Origin: Blasia pusilla
Taxonomy: Eukaryota
Reading direction: 5' to 3'
Length of the DNA stretch: 64,000 nt
NCBI GenBank assembly: GCA_050084515.1
Contig: CM114271.1
Coordinates: 15,500,001 to 15,564,000, forward strand
The notes under the pieces are model-generated. The model made no database searches. It was not told the DNA's origin and saw nothing but the letters and a program-made list of their open reading frames with translations. Made by a program: the position numbers and the translations under genes. Below, piece after piece: positions 1 through 11,857 of the stretch; the first letter of the stretch is position 1, and each line of letters begins with the position of its first letter.

Positions 1-2
1 TG

Positions 3-480
3 GTGGTGTTACATGCCGACATACATGTGCAACAATATCTTTATGTTGAGAGAGATGAGATTGTACGCCACGTCTCGTTACACCTTATGGCGAGGTTGAT
101 CCATTCATATCATGAGTTGTTGTCAACATATGTATTATGAGGGTACCAACATACACTACTAGCTGATATTTCATTAATATAGGGATCTCACGACGTGGAT
201 ACAGTTTGGATTTTTGGATGGCCATGTCAAGGTCATTCATCAACTGGCCAAGCTGTTGGATTGTAGAATCTGAGGTCAAGGATGTTTTTGGGAGATACTA
301 TGAGTACTACAACACTTGCAAGAGAGCCATACATACTCTTTGGCCTATATTTTGAAGAATGTGTCATTGTTGGAAGACACTTGTACACAGATGATGACGA
401 GTGTGTATTGATAAGGGCATTGTTAGGACTTGCTGTGTTTTAGATGTTCCCTCAAAAGTGATTTTCATCAATCTAATCCT
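3..480 (+). pseudogene. C5-cytosine DNA methyltransferase catalytic-domain fragment (degenerate; runs off the window's left edge)
   Basis: Frame 3 reads VVLHADIHVQQYLYVERDEIVRH...LADISLI*...IFGWPCQGHSSTGQAVGL*NLRSRMF, with GWPCQ at 216-230. After a +1 slip in the T-run at 285-289 it reads FWEIL*VLQHLQ...YILKNV (355-363). The order matches C5-MTase motifs II (E), III (D), IV (PCQ), V and VI (ENV, here KNV). Contains stops and frameshifts. Confidence 0.8.
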
Positions 481-516
481 CTTGAACTCTAAGAGCCCTA
501 ACATAGCAAACCTATG

Positions 517-1536
517 CTCAAGGGTCTCACTTCCACAAATATGCCCCATCACGTGTGATAAAGTAAGGGGTTTTTTAATTGCGTCCCTTGGAAGACTTAT
601 TAAGTTTTGTGGAAGAACAAGAGGGTTCAATTTATTCCATGACGTGCTTAAACGAACAATGGGATCTTTATATTAATTGCCCTTCCATGGAAGACGTTCA
701 CATAAGATAGGGTAAATACTCACAATATATATATATATAAAATACATATTTGTCACATAAAATTTCTTTATATTTGTTTCAAATTTAATTTTATATAATA
801 ATTTTTCTCCCTAGGTACAAAATTCTTTGATTCTTTTCAGGGAAATTTAGAGGGAAAATGATAGTTTTTTTTAAAATGGTTTTCCTCCCTTCACCATTTT
901 CCCACAAACAAACTTGAACCGGGTTTCTCCAAAACCAAAACCCGGTTCAAGTTTGTTTGAATCTACAACAGACGTTGGCCCTTCCACAAGATCAATAAAG
1001 TCAAAGAAAAGGAAGGAAAAGAGACACAACTTACAGTGGAGACAAGAGTTGCAAAAAAGGAGTATTGGTTGGGGCGTATTGTGTATATGACTCAAAAGAA
1101 CGGTACACATTGGTCAAGACTTCGTAAGACCTTAGACTTGATGGGCGTGCATGTACCTCCTCTTGGACAAAAGGGAAGCATTTTTTGTGTCATGTGTAAA
1201 TGATACAAGTCTTCTGACCATGGTAACAACAAAGCCTTATTCACTTATGATGCAATAGATGTGCAATGGATTGATATTGAAATGGTGATTTCTAATGTGA
1301 ACTTGACAATGAAATCAGGGATATAAGATATAATATATATACTTTATTCAATTGACTTACATGCTTTGACTATATACACTCAAAATGTGAGTTGATCTTG
1401 GTGCATTTTTTTTATGGTTGAGACATGTTGGATTTAGTATTTTTGTTGGATTGTGGTTAGAATGTACTTGACACCGTTAAATTGTGGGAGAAAGTAAGCT
1501 AGGGGGATGACAAATTGGCTGATTGAGCTTCTTGCA
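517..1536. repeat. Internally deleted copy of a repeat unit, tandem to the longer copy at 1537-3909
   Basis: 517-~920 aligns with 1537-~2290 once the MITE at 1670-1997 is removed. 969-1535 aligns with 3329-3909. Confidence 0.85.
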
Positions 1537-3909
1537 CTCGAGGGTCTCACTTCCACAAATATACCCCATTAAGTGCAACAAAGTAAAGGGTTTTTTAATT
1601 ACGTCCCTCGGAAGACTTATTAAGTTTTGTGAAAGAACAATAGGGTTCAATTTATTCCATGGCCCTCTTCATGGTTGCACAAAACCGGACTAGTCCTTCC
1701 TTAGGACGGACATGGACGGACAAGTCTAGACATGTCCATGGACATGAGTTCCAAGAGATGGGACCCACACTTTTAGTCCATGATGGAAGGCAAGGCAAGG
1801 ATGAGAGGATCAATGAGGAAGGAGGGAGTGGAGATGGAGGGAGGAAGAAATGGGGGTGTATAGAACACGAAGGCAAGTAAGGGGAATGAGAAAGAAGGAA
1901 TAGGTGGGGCCCATACGTACAAGTCCTTCCATAGGATGGACATATCCACATGCATGGACATATCCACGGACACGGACTTTGTCCACATGCAACCTTGGCA
2001 CTCTTTAAAGAAAAATAGGGTCTTTATATAAGTTGCCTTTCCATGGAAGACGTTCACATAAGATAGGGTTAATACTCAAAAATATATATATATATAAAAT
2101 ACATCTTTGTTGCATAAAATTTATTTATATTTATTTCAAATTTAATTTTATATAATAAATTTCCTTCCTAGGTAGGAAATTCTTTGATTCTTTACAGGGA
2201 AATTCAGAGGGAAAAATGCATTTTAAAAAAATGGTTTCCACCCTCAACCATTTTTCCACTATTTCTCCCGATTAGACTTGAACCAAGTTTGGGTTTAGGG
2301 GAAAACCTTCCAAGGAAAGACGAACATCTGCCACTCGAAAGAGGAGCTTGCAAGCAAGATGCAGGCGGGTTGTAGGGAGGTTTGATGATCGAGCAAGCTT
2401 CGATCAATCATGTGTCGAGTTCTTCCCGAATAGCGGACATGTTGAAAATCTTTCTTCGATCCGTGATAACTAACATCTACTTGTGAAGCAAGTCAAGGCA
2501 TTCTTTTTTCAATTGGATCTACATCTTGCAATATTGGAACCTCAAACGGACTAATTGTGCTTCTCTAGAATCGTTCGTGTATGTTTATCGTTTCGGCTTA
2601 TTATTGAAGTTGGTTCACCATTTTTTGGCATTGGTTGGCATTTTTTATCCACTCTCTTGTTTTAAGGTTGATTCAGGTAAGCATGTGACCTCTCTATCTC
2701 TTTTGATTCACATTTGGTTGTGAGGGAAATTAAATTTGGTTGTAAAAGAGAGATATTTGCAACCTAATGCGCCCAACAAAAATCTTCCTCTTCTTGCCAT
2801 CTCTCGGTTGCAATCGTGTGCTTCTCCACGGAGCCACCATGCGCCTGCCTCTTGTAATGCCATCATGCGCCAACCTCGGACGAGCACTCAACTACAGTAT
2901 TCAGTTGCGCCCGTAGTTTTCCAACATGAAATGTGTGGTTGAGAGCTAAAATCAATGTTGTCTCTTGTGGATAGAGTGATCAGCAAATCGAATTTTGTTG
3001 CTTGTTTCCAATCATATTTTAATCTTTGAGCTCTCCAGAAACACTTGAGAATTTGCAACTCTTTGTGAGCGTGGTTGTCAAGCAAAACTGACTACCGTGG
3101 TGATTTCCCATGCAATAGTGCCTACTATAACTTATGATGGTAAGATTATGTATAAATCCACCCTTGTAAATTAGTTTTCTTAAAATCCTTTCATGTCAAA
3201 GGATAGGCTAACTCGAATAGCCCAAAAGACATATTACACTACTAGCAAGGGAAAGGAGCGTGATCCTAATTTCCCAACTTGTTTGGTTGATGTTGGTAGT
3301 GATATGGCAATTTTTTTTTATTTTACAGCAGACGTTGGCCCTTCCACAAGATCAACAAAGTCAAAGAAAAGGAAGGGAAAAGAGACACAATTAGCAGTGC
3401 AAGAGAGAGTTGCAAAAAATGAGTATTGTTTGGGGTGTATTCTGTTTATGATTCAAAAGAATGGTACACATTGGTCAAGACGTTCTAGGGCCTTGGACTT
3501 GATGGACATGCATGTACCTCATCCTAGACAGAAGGGAAGCATTTATTGTGTCATGTGTAATTGGTACAAGTCTTCCGGCCATGTTAACAACAAAACCTTC
3601 TTTACTTATGATGCAATAGATGTGCAATGGATTGATATTGAAATGGTGATTAATTTATAATGTCAATTTCACGATGAAATGAGGGGTACAAGATAGAATA
3701 TATATACTTGATTCAGTTGACTTACATGCCTTGACTACATACATTTAGAGTGTCAATTGATATTGGTAAGTTTTTTATGGTTGAGATATGTTGGATTCAA
3801 TATTTTTGTGGATTGTGCTTAGAGTGTACTTGGCACTGCTAAATTGTGTCTAGGTTAGTGGGAGGGAGCAGGCTAGGGGGATAAAAGATTGGCTGATTGA
3901 GCTTCTTGC
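1537..3909. repeat. Longer copy of the same repeat unit (unclassified TE-like); contains ORF 3193-3660 of unknown function
   Basis: Shares both ends with 517-1536 and has ~1 kb of extra middle sequence. Confidence 0.75.
1670..1997. mobile_element. hAT-type MITE (328 bp)
   Basis: TIRs CATGGTTGCA...TGCAACCTTG; 8-bp TSD GCCCTCTT/GCACTCTT. Absent from the paralogous site at ~640. Subterminal GGACA/TGTCC motifs. Confidence 0.85.
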
Positions 3910-6083
3910 TCAATTAAGGGATGAATTCCCCTCTATCATAGTGTAAGGATAAAATGTTGGATGTTAACTTAACTTGGTACTTTTCTTTTCTTTCAAGTGA
4001 TTGCTTTACGTAACGAATTTTAGGGTTACCAAAAATGAAAAATGACTCCTTTCAAGTACATAAGGGTGAGAAAAAAACGTTTTTCACTCATAAGTTAGGG
4101 GGTCTAGACCCTAAAACGTCGTAGGTGATGTCAAATCTGAGTAGCCGATAGGCCGAGATCTATCGTGGATAGGTCGTAGGAGCCATCGGACTATCTTGCG
4201 TGTAACTTTGTCCCACGGTGTCGGATGAGGTTGAGGATAGGTCCATTGTGTCAGGAATGTTGTTTCTAACAACTTTCATGTTGAGGTCTTTTACAGCCGG
4301 ATGACTTGTTGACCAGGTCACCCGCCCCTAGTAACCTGTGCGCGTAGGTTACCAAGGGAAGGGCTATTTTTAGGGGAAGAGCCTTTTTGCTCTTCCCAAC
4401 CCTATATAAGAGAGGAAGATGGCTTTCCTAAGCCATCTTTCTCATGTTGGGCCGTTGGAGCACCTCCCTTGTATGTGTGTGAGCTAGCACTAGGGTGCTA
4501 GCGTCCGGATTCCTTGATAGCACAGGGTGGACAAGGCTCGATATGCTGATGTAGATTGAGGAGTGGAGTTTTAGGCCGGGTGTGTCGTTTTTACTACTCT
4601 TTATTTTTACATGAGAAAGATGCCAAGGGGCTAGTGGGAATTCGTTGTTTACAAGTAGGCAAGCGATTTGCCTTGGTGAGGAGCCCCAGGAGACGCGTGT
4701 GTTGCGGGTGTTTTTCATTTTTTTGTTCAGAAGGCCGTGGGCGGAAGCGTTGTCCATTTTTCTCAGATTTTGTTGGTGCACAAGGATTGGGGACAGCGGC
4801 AGAGTGTAGTACAGAATGGGCGTCGGATGTACGTGAGTGAGGATGTCGAGAGAGAGAAGGAAAGAAGGTTTGGGTCTTGCAGTTGTCGGAGGGTGTTAAG
4901 TAAAGATGGCTAGCTAGGTTGCGGCCGGTCTAAGGTTAGGGCGCAAAGCAGGCTAAGGTTAGGGGCGACGGCGGGGCGACGGGGGGGACGGCGGGGGACC
5001 CTAAACGCCCCCATTTATTGCTCTCCCCAAAAGTTGGGGAGGCCCATAGGGGTGCGGGCCAGACCCCCCCTTTTTGTTTTCCCCGCATTTAAAGCCCAAG
5101 GGAGCCATAGGGATGCGGACCGGAGGGCAACGTGGTAGGACGGACGGTCCAACAAACGCGGTTGCGCATGGGCAACGTGGTGGCAAGGAGGATGTCGACG
5201 TGGTGAGTGACCGACATAGCTGGACAACCGGCGTGACATGATGTTTTGGGGCGCGACAGGGCGTTGCGAGAGTTGACGATGGAGGGGCAATGTGCATGAT
5301 GCCGACGGGTTGTCCCCATCTGTTGACAGGAGGATCGACGTGTTGGTCGAGGAGAGTGTTGTGTTGCGGAGATTGTCATATCATGTGGAGGAGTGCATTC
5401 CGAAAGGTATTCCGTCACTTCTTACTTATATTACTTTATGAGATTGATTACTTTCGAGGTTTTTGTCGAGGATCACATGATTTGTCTGATATATTGGAAT
5501 GGTTGAACTTGTTTTTTTGTCTAGTATGTATTTAAGGATTTTTGTTCGATGGCTATCATATTTGAGCTTTGATTTAGTACTATAGGTTAAGTTTACTTTC
5601 TGTGTAGGCTCTATGTGTGCTTATGTTGCCAACGTTCACCCATTTTCTATGACGGTAGGGAATTAAAGGGGTATGTTCAAGAAAGGGCATCATCCCCTTA
5701 TCACTTTCTATTGTGGGTTAAATTGACTTTCTGTTTAGGATCTTCGTGTGCTTACATTATGAATATTGACCCCATTTTCTGTGATACTTGTAAAGGAGAG
5801 GAAACGGGTATTTTTTTGAAAATGACATGACTATGTAAAGAGTAAATAGGCATCACTTTGAGTGTTGTAGAGTACTGTGTTATAATCAGTCCTTTCCTAC
5901 GAAGATGAAACGTGATAATTCCGATGCCATTGAGGCATTTGGGGTAGAATCTGTACTATTGAAAGGCATTCCGTCATTTCTCACAATCTTACTGTTTATT
6001 TACTTTTTTTACTTGTCTTTTTTTTGTGAAGATCACATGACTTTTCTCATGCATTATAATCAAATTCTTGTGTTCAGGTAAGT

Positions 6084-9000
6084 ATGGACATCGACAATCC
6101 TATTGACTTGACATCAACCCTTCCTCCATCGCATGAACAAGTGGAGGAGAATACACATGGAAATAGAAGTGCATTGACAAGCAGAATTCTAGCCATGAAG
6201 ATGATGGAACTCCAAGCAGACTTGCCGACCGGGTACATATCAGCAAAAGATCTCCATTGGGATATCTATAATGCAGCGTATATCCCCTGGCATAGGTTGG
6301 AGGACTTCATTATCGGGGAGGGTAATGGAGACAATGTAAACCCCACCAGATTTTGGAAGGGCACATCTCGGTGCAAAGGAGAAAGATTAGGAGAAGACGA
6401 AGGCGAGGAATCATCATACACCATGTACTATTGTGCTTACGGACCTCAAGACAAGCAACACTTCCATCAACCAGTTGTGAGCAGGTGAGCAGGTATAAGT
6501 GGTATATTTTTTTAAAGTAGAGTAATAATAGGAACAAGGAAGGTTAGACAATTAAGGTGATCAATCATCTTTTGTTCTTGTCTATAATGCATTCAATTTA
6601 TTTCCATTGTTTTTGTCCTTGCTGGAGAGATACTATATTTATGTATGATGGAATGCATTCCTCTGTTTTTATACAGGTCAAGCATTCCCAAATCAGGCCC
6701 AGAAAGTCGGCCTCGTGCCCAAAAAATTGTACGGGGAGATAGTTGGAAGCGAGGGTGTCTCTGTCACTTTTCTGTATCTGAAATCAAGGCTCTAATGCCT
6801 GTGGCTAAGATCATTTGCAAACATAGATTACATGTTGACAAGGATGGGATGCCATGCCACAGAAATAACGACCCAACAAGTTTGGACACTCCTAAAATGT
6901 ATGCTCCTAGGATCTCAAAGGAGTTGAGATGTTACATAAAAGAGAGGCTTCGACTCACGGTAAAGCCCCACCAGATTATGAGCGAGCATGGGATGATGCT
7001 TAAAATGAGATCTGACACCTCTCCTGACTTTGAGGGGAGTATGACAAGGGATGATTTCCTGCAAATGCATGATATTAAAAATGCAAAGAAGTCCTTGAAT
7101 ATGGAGACTTTCCAGTTTTGTATAGATGAAAATGAATCTTTGAGTACCTTTGTAAACCTCTATCTAGAGAAGGTCTTCTTTTATGAGCCTTATTTTGATA
7201 ATACAAGACCTTTCATATTGGGATTCCATAGCGCTTGGCAGTTGCAATTGATGGTGAAATACAGACACAACAGTGTTCTTAGCATGGATAGTACATTTGG
7301 CGCCAATCGAAGCAAGGTTTGTTATTCTCTATTCATATGTACATTAAATGAAATTTTGCAAAGTTTAATTTCATGTCTACTTGTAACAATCCTAATGTGT
7401 TGGAGTTTTGTGTGCAGTTTCCTTTGTATACCATCTTAGTGTTTGATGAGCACCACATTGGAATACCTGTAGCATGGATTTTGACCAGTAGCTCCAAGGA
7501 GGTGCACTTGGTGAAATGGCTATATGCAGTGGCAACCAAGTGTAGAAGACAACAATCCTCTTGGGAGCCAAATGCAATCATGGTAGACGATGCCAACGCC
7601 GAGCAAAATGCATTGAGGTACATTAAGGATATGCACTAAAGTATTCTCTTGCTACAGAGTCATTCCATAGCCATGTTTTGTTTTTCAATATGATTTGTCA
7701 TTCTGTTACATAGGCATATTGGTCACATGCCTTGAAGGTATTCCGGGTATTTGTTTTCAATCATGTTGTAACTCACCAATAACTTTACTTGCAGGGTAAC
7801 ATTCTCCAACTCAAGTATCATATTGTGTCTCTGGCATGTACGCCATGACTGGTTGAAGCAGCTGAAATGAAAGGTTCGATGTGCAATCATGAGAGCTCAC
7901 ATGTCAGGACGTCTAGGAGAAATTATGTACGTAAATTGGTGTGGCACATACACTTAAGGTGTGATCTTGGATGATGCAACTGTCTTGCTACAACAATTCT
8001 ATTCAGACTTCAATAAGGAAATTGAATTCATCAACTATATAAGGACTTATTGGGAGCCGAAATTAGGTGGGTGTCTTTGTTTCTCCGATATATTTGCAAT
8101 ACTTACATAATCGGTGTTTATGAGTGATATTTTCTTCAGTTGGTTCTCTAGAATATTAATATTGCAAGTGTTTGGATTAAATATAAATCCATGTATTTTT
8201 GTTTGAGCACAGGTAAGTGGGTGAAAGCGGAAACGGACTACCCTCATGCAAACCAAGATACGAACGTTGCAATTAAAGCATATCATGGAAGCATGAAAGT
8301 AGTTCTTGTTGCTGACAACAGGAGTATTGCTTGAAGAAGAGGAGACTACCTAGTTTGGAAGCTTAGCAGTTTTGTAGAGGCTTGGTATTTTCACATTCAC
8401 TTGCTGAAGAAAAAAGGTTTTGTACAAAACGCAATAGAAGAGCAATATGTGAATAATGCCGTATTGAAAGGAAGAGAAATCCCAACGGCCGATGTGCAAC
8501 TTACTGAATCAAGGGGGCAAGTCAAGATGGCACGTGCCAGGAGCCAAGAAATACCAACAAAATGGTATGAAGTATACAACTATGACACCGAATGGGGTCA
8601 TTGTGAGTGTCCTTGGTCCCTAAAGGGGAACATCTGCACGCACATGGTAAGAAATACATCTGGTTTTTTTTTTGTGTAGCACAATTTGTCACATTGTCCA
8701 TCTTCTAATGCAAGTATCATGATTTCTATGATGAGATCTCTCTCGAGATTGCAACTTTGTTACGAGAGGATTACAACGAAGAGGACCTTGTGAATATACT
8801 TGGAAGAATATTGGGCACCAAATGGGGAGGAATTGCACAACTAAAAATGACAATGAAGAATTCAAGATCTATTGAAAGTCATATCTCCGCGACCTCCTCG
8901 ATCTCAACAAAATACCGGGTTTCCTTTGAAATACTAATACAAAATCTTGTAGTACAAGTAGATTGAGATGATTTGGATATTATTTATGGTATGTTTTTCA

Positions 9001-9373
9001 GGTTTCAACTAGAATCTGATTATTTGAATCTGAAGTGTCTTTTAGAGTGCATTCCATACACAGAGACGAGTATAAGCCCTTCGCTTGAGACAACACTAGA
9101 AGTCGAAGAACTGAATTTTTCGGGTTCAACCCAAGAAATGGAGGCTACTATGGACAAATGTACTCTGAGTTGCAAAATCATTGTCATGGTAGTGACTTGC
9201 TTTTAAGAATGGCATCTAAAATGTTGAGGGAAATAAATGGTCAGATTGAGACATCAAAAGTTGTTGTTAGAAATGGCTTGACACAACAGCGTGGAAACCC
9301 CTTTCAGACATACAATGATGATTTCCAAAACAATAATTCTGTCAAACTAGTGAAGTCGAACATTGATCACTAG
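6084..9373 (+). pseudogene. Intron-containing MULE-type transposase with SWIM zinc finger (degenerate)
   Basis: GT-AG exons at ~6084-6484, 6677-7316, 7418-7617, 7795-8066 and ~8212-8646. They give KRGCLCHF..HVDKDGMPCH, WQLQLM..MDSTFG, IPVAWI, MVDD, CLWH, AIKAYH (catalytic E replaced by K) and SWIM CECPWSLKGNICTH. Several in-frame stops. The 3' end is approximate. Confidence 0.8.
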
Positions 9374-9894
9374 TCAGAAAAAGCAAAGAGACGGAGTACA
9401 CAACATGGATTAGGATATAATACAGTCTTGTGTCCATCCTAGGATGGAAACTCAAGTAGGTTACCATCCTTTCCAAAGCCAAGACCAAGAAAGAAGAGAT
9501 TGGGCATGCAAGATGAGCTAGACACACATGCAAGATCAGTGCTTTTGAATATAGATGGTGCCACATGCACGTGATTTTGTTGTAGTTTTGAGATCGGTGT
9601 ATATGGAGGATTGGGGCTTTTGGAATTCATGGAAGGTATTCCATATTGGCGGATCTTCACGAGATCTCCATGGTTAGCGGCACATATATTAACGACATTG
9701 ATCATAGGGTCTTCCGCCGGCCCTAGGCATTTAGATTTTTGAGAGAGGGACATCGCGATACATAGGGGCTCAGTTCCGATGAATATTTTCAATCTTCAGG
9801 TTCACGGGAGGTGAAGCGACTATGAATCAAGGGAAACGGAAACGAGTGTGAAGAAGTTCTTCTTATCTCCATGATTCAATTTTGATTTGTCACC

Positions 9895-10521
9895 ATGGAC
9901 AAAACTCATGCAATGAAGAGGACTAGAGGAGTGATCCAGTTCCAGCAGGCTTCCAGACCTGCACAAGGACTTAAAGAAGGGGATAGAGGCCATGAATCAG
10001 ATGGGGACATTGCAAAACGCGTGAAGAAAGGTGCTGGAAGTGTTTCTTGCTCTGAAATTTTTACTACCAACTTATCATTGTCAGATTTGAACAAAAACTT
10101 CAACGATGCATTTGTGAAGATTTTTATGGGGACTACAGGAAAGAAACCAACCAAGTCTCACAAGGGATCACTTGTAGAACTGCAAGAGTTGTCACTCAGG
10201 TTAAAGGTCATTTCATATGTTTGCAATACTCTGGAAACGAATGTGCATGGATTTCTATCTGTGGGCATTTCTCTACAGAAGCTCGAAAGTTCTATGTCTG
10301 AAAAAACCATCGATGGCTTACCTCAAATCATTGAGAAGTTTGTATTGCAGCTACAAACACTCTTGACAGATGAAAATATCCTTCAATTGAGTGTGGCAAA
10401 TAGAGAGGTGCTCCAATGTTTAGATCAGAACCGTAGTGCTTGGGAATTTCTACGTGCTCAGATTTCCTTTGATCTTTGCCCACAAAGCTTACCTAGAAAT
10501 TCCCCCCCCCCCCCTAACTGA
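9895..10521 (+). CDS. Hypothetical 208-aa protein, probably a second gene or exon of the MULE-like element
   Basis: Uninterrupted ATG-started ORF with protein-like helical composition, directly downstream of the transposase. No recognisable domain. Confidence 0.35.
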   Translation: MDKTHAMKRTRGVIQFQQASRPAQGLKEGDRGHESDGDIAKRVKKGAGSVSCSEIFTTNLSLSDLNKNFNDAFVKIFMGTTGKKPTKSHKGSLVELQELSLRLKVISYVCNTLETNVHGFLSVGISLQKLESSMSEKTIDGLPQIIEKFVLQLQTLLTDENILQLSVANREVLQCLDQNRSAWEFLRAQISFDLCPQSLPRNSPPPPN

Positions 10522-11824
10522 TGAATTCTGTTCCGAAGTAATATGTGAGTTCACATTGTGAGTAAATCTCTCAAAATTTATTTTTTTACCTCGTTTTGAT
10601 TCCATATTGTCTTACTTGACTTTAATACGTGCTTTATTTCATCTTTTTGGCCTTGGACAATTGATTTCATTGTATCACCATTAAGTATCTCACGGCATAT
10701 TGGAACATATTTTCGTAAAAAAATTATACTTTAAGAATCCTTTTCCCTGATTTTATCTATAATGAATCCCTTCATGAAGCTATCAGGGTGTTCTTTCATT
10801 ATATTCTTGGACACTAACATATAAAAAGTAGAAGTAGAGAATATACACACTCTCATTTCACAGGTAGGCAACATATCCTTTTAGATGATGTTTGGAATCT
10901 GTCCTTATTCTTTTTTTTTACAAAAATTGAGAAGATAGGTTACAAGAGTATAATGTTTTCCACTCAATGGGGATACATAAAATACTCTTCACTTCGTGGA
11001 AAGATAGTTGAGATACAGACTTCACTTCCAAAGATAACTTAAGCACTTTTTGTATATCTTCACGAATGCAGCAAGAACCTCAATAGTGATTCTCACTTCA
11101 TTCTTACGATACAGAAGAAACCCAAGGGAAAAAAAGGGCCATATGAGCCCATTAGAGGACTTGTACACAGAAAGCCTTCTATGAGAGCCACAATTTTTAG
11201 GTAGCCCAAAAATTCCCACACTTCTTTCACTGAACCGCGCACGCCATTCACATGTCCATGGGTGGGATGGGTACATGGGTGATGGGTGGGATGGGTGCAG
11301 GCTGACCTTCTGCGGATATCCGACCCACAGGGCGGATATATTGGGCTCGGCCGGAACTACTCTTCCGGCCTATTCGGGGAGTGGGTGATAGAGGGTCAGG
11401 GGTGGGATGACGGGTGGGTAGGGGCGTAGGGGGGGTTCCGGAGTTCCAGAACCCACATCCAATAAAGGCTCTAAGTTCTTAGACTACAGAGAGCTCCTCA
11501 AGGTTGCACATTGGTTCTTTCATTTAAGAATGCTTTCTGAGCATACCTGTGTTGACCTCAGGAGAATCCTTGTTGAAATCCGGGTCCAAATATAAAAGCT
11601 CCTCTCCTCTTTTGAATCATACGTTGAACCTGGGAGTAAGGATCGTCCAACAATGGAATTTTTACTAGTATTTATGGGGTTATGGGTATTTTTATTTATT
11701 TAGTTTAAAAGAATAACAATATATGGGTAATTAATATATATGTACATAGGACACGTGGATAGTCTAGATGGGAAAGAATATCGAAATGAAATTTTTAGAG
11801 GCCATAATAAATAATAAATAGACA

Positions 11825-11857
11825 CCACGGAGAATAGCTTCTTTTTAATAATATAGA
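11825..11857 (-). mobile_element. Possible Helitron 5' terminus
   Basis: Minus strand reads A|TCTATATTATTAAAAAGAAGCTATTCTCCGTGG, which resembles a plant Helitron 5' end. No matching 3' end was identified. Confidence 0.35.

Noticed and set aside
4428-5535. Overlapping ORFs in a GC-rich stretch
   Set aside because: No domain is recognisable; such ORFs are expected from GC content. Probably TE terminal or promoter sequence, and no TIR partner was found near 11.4 kb.
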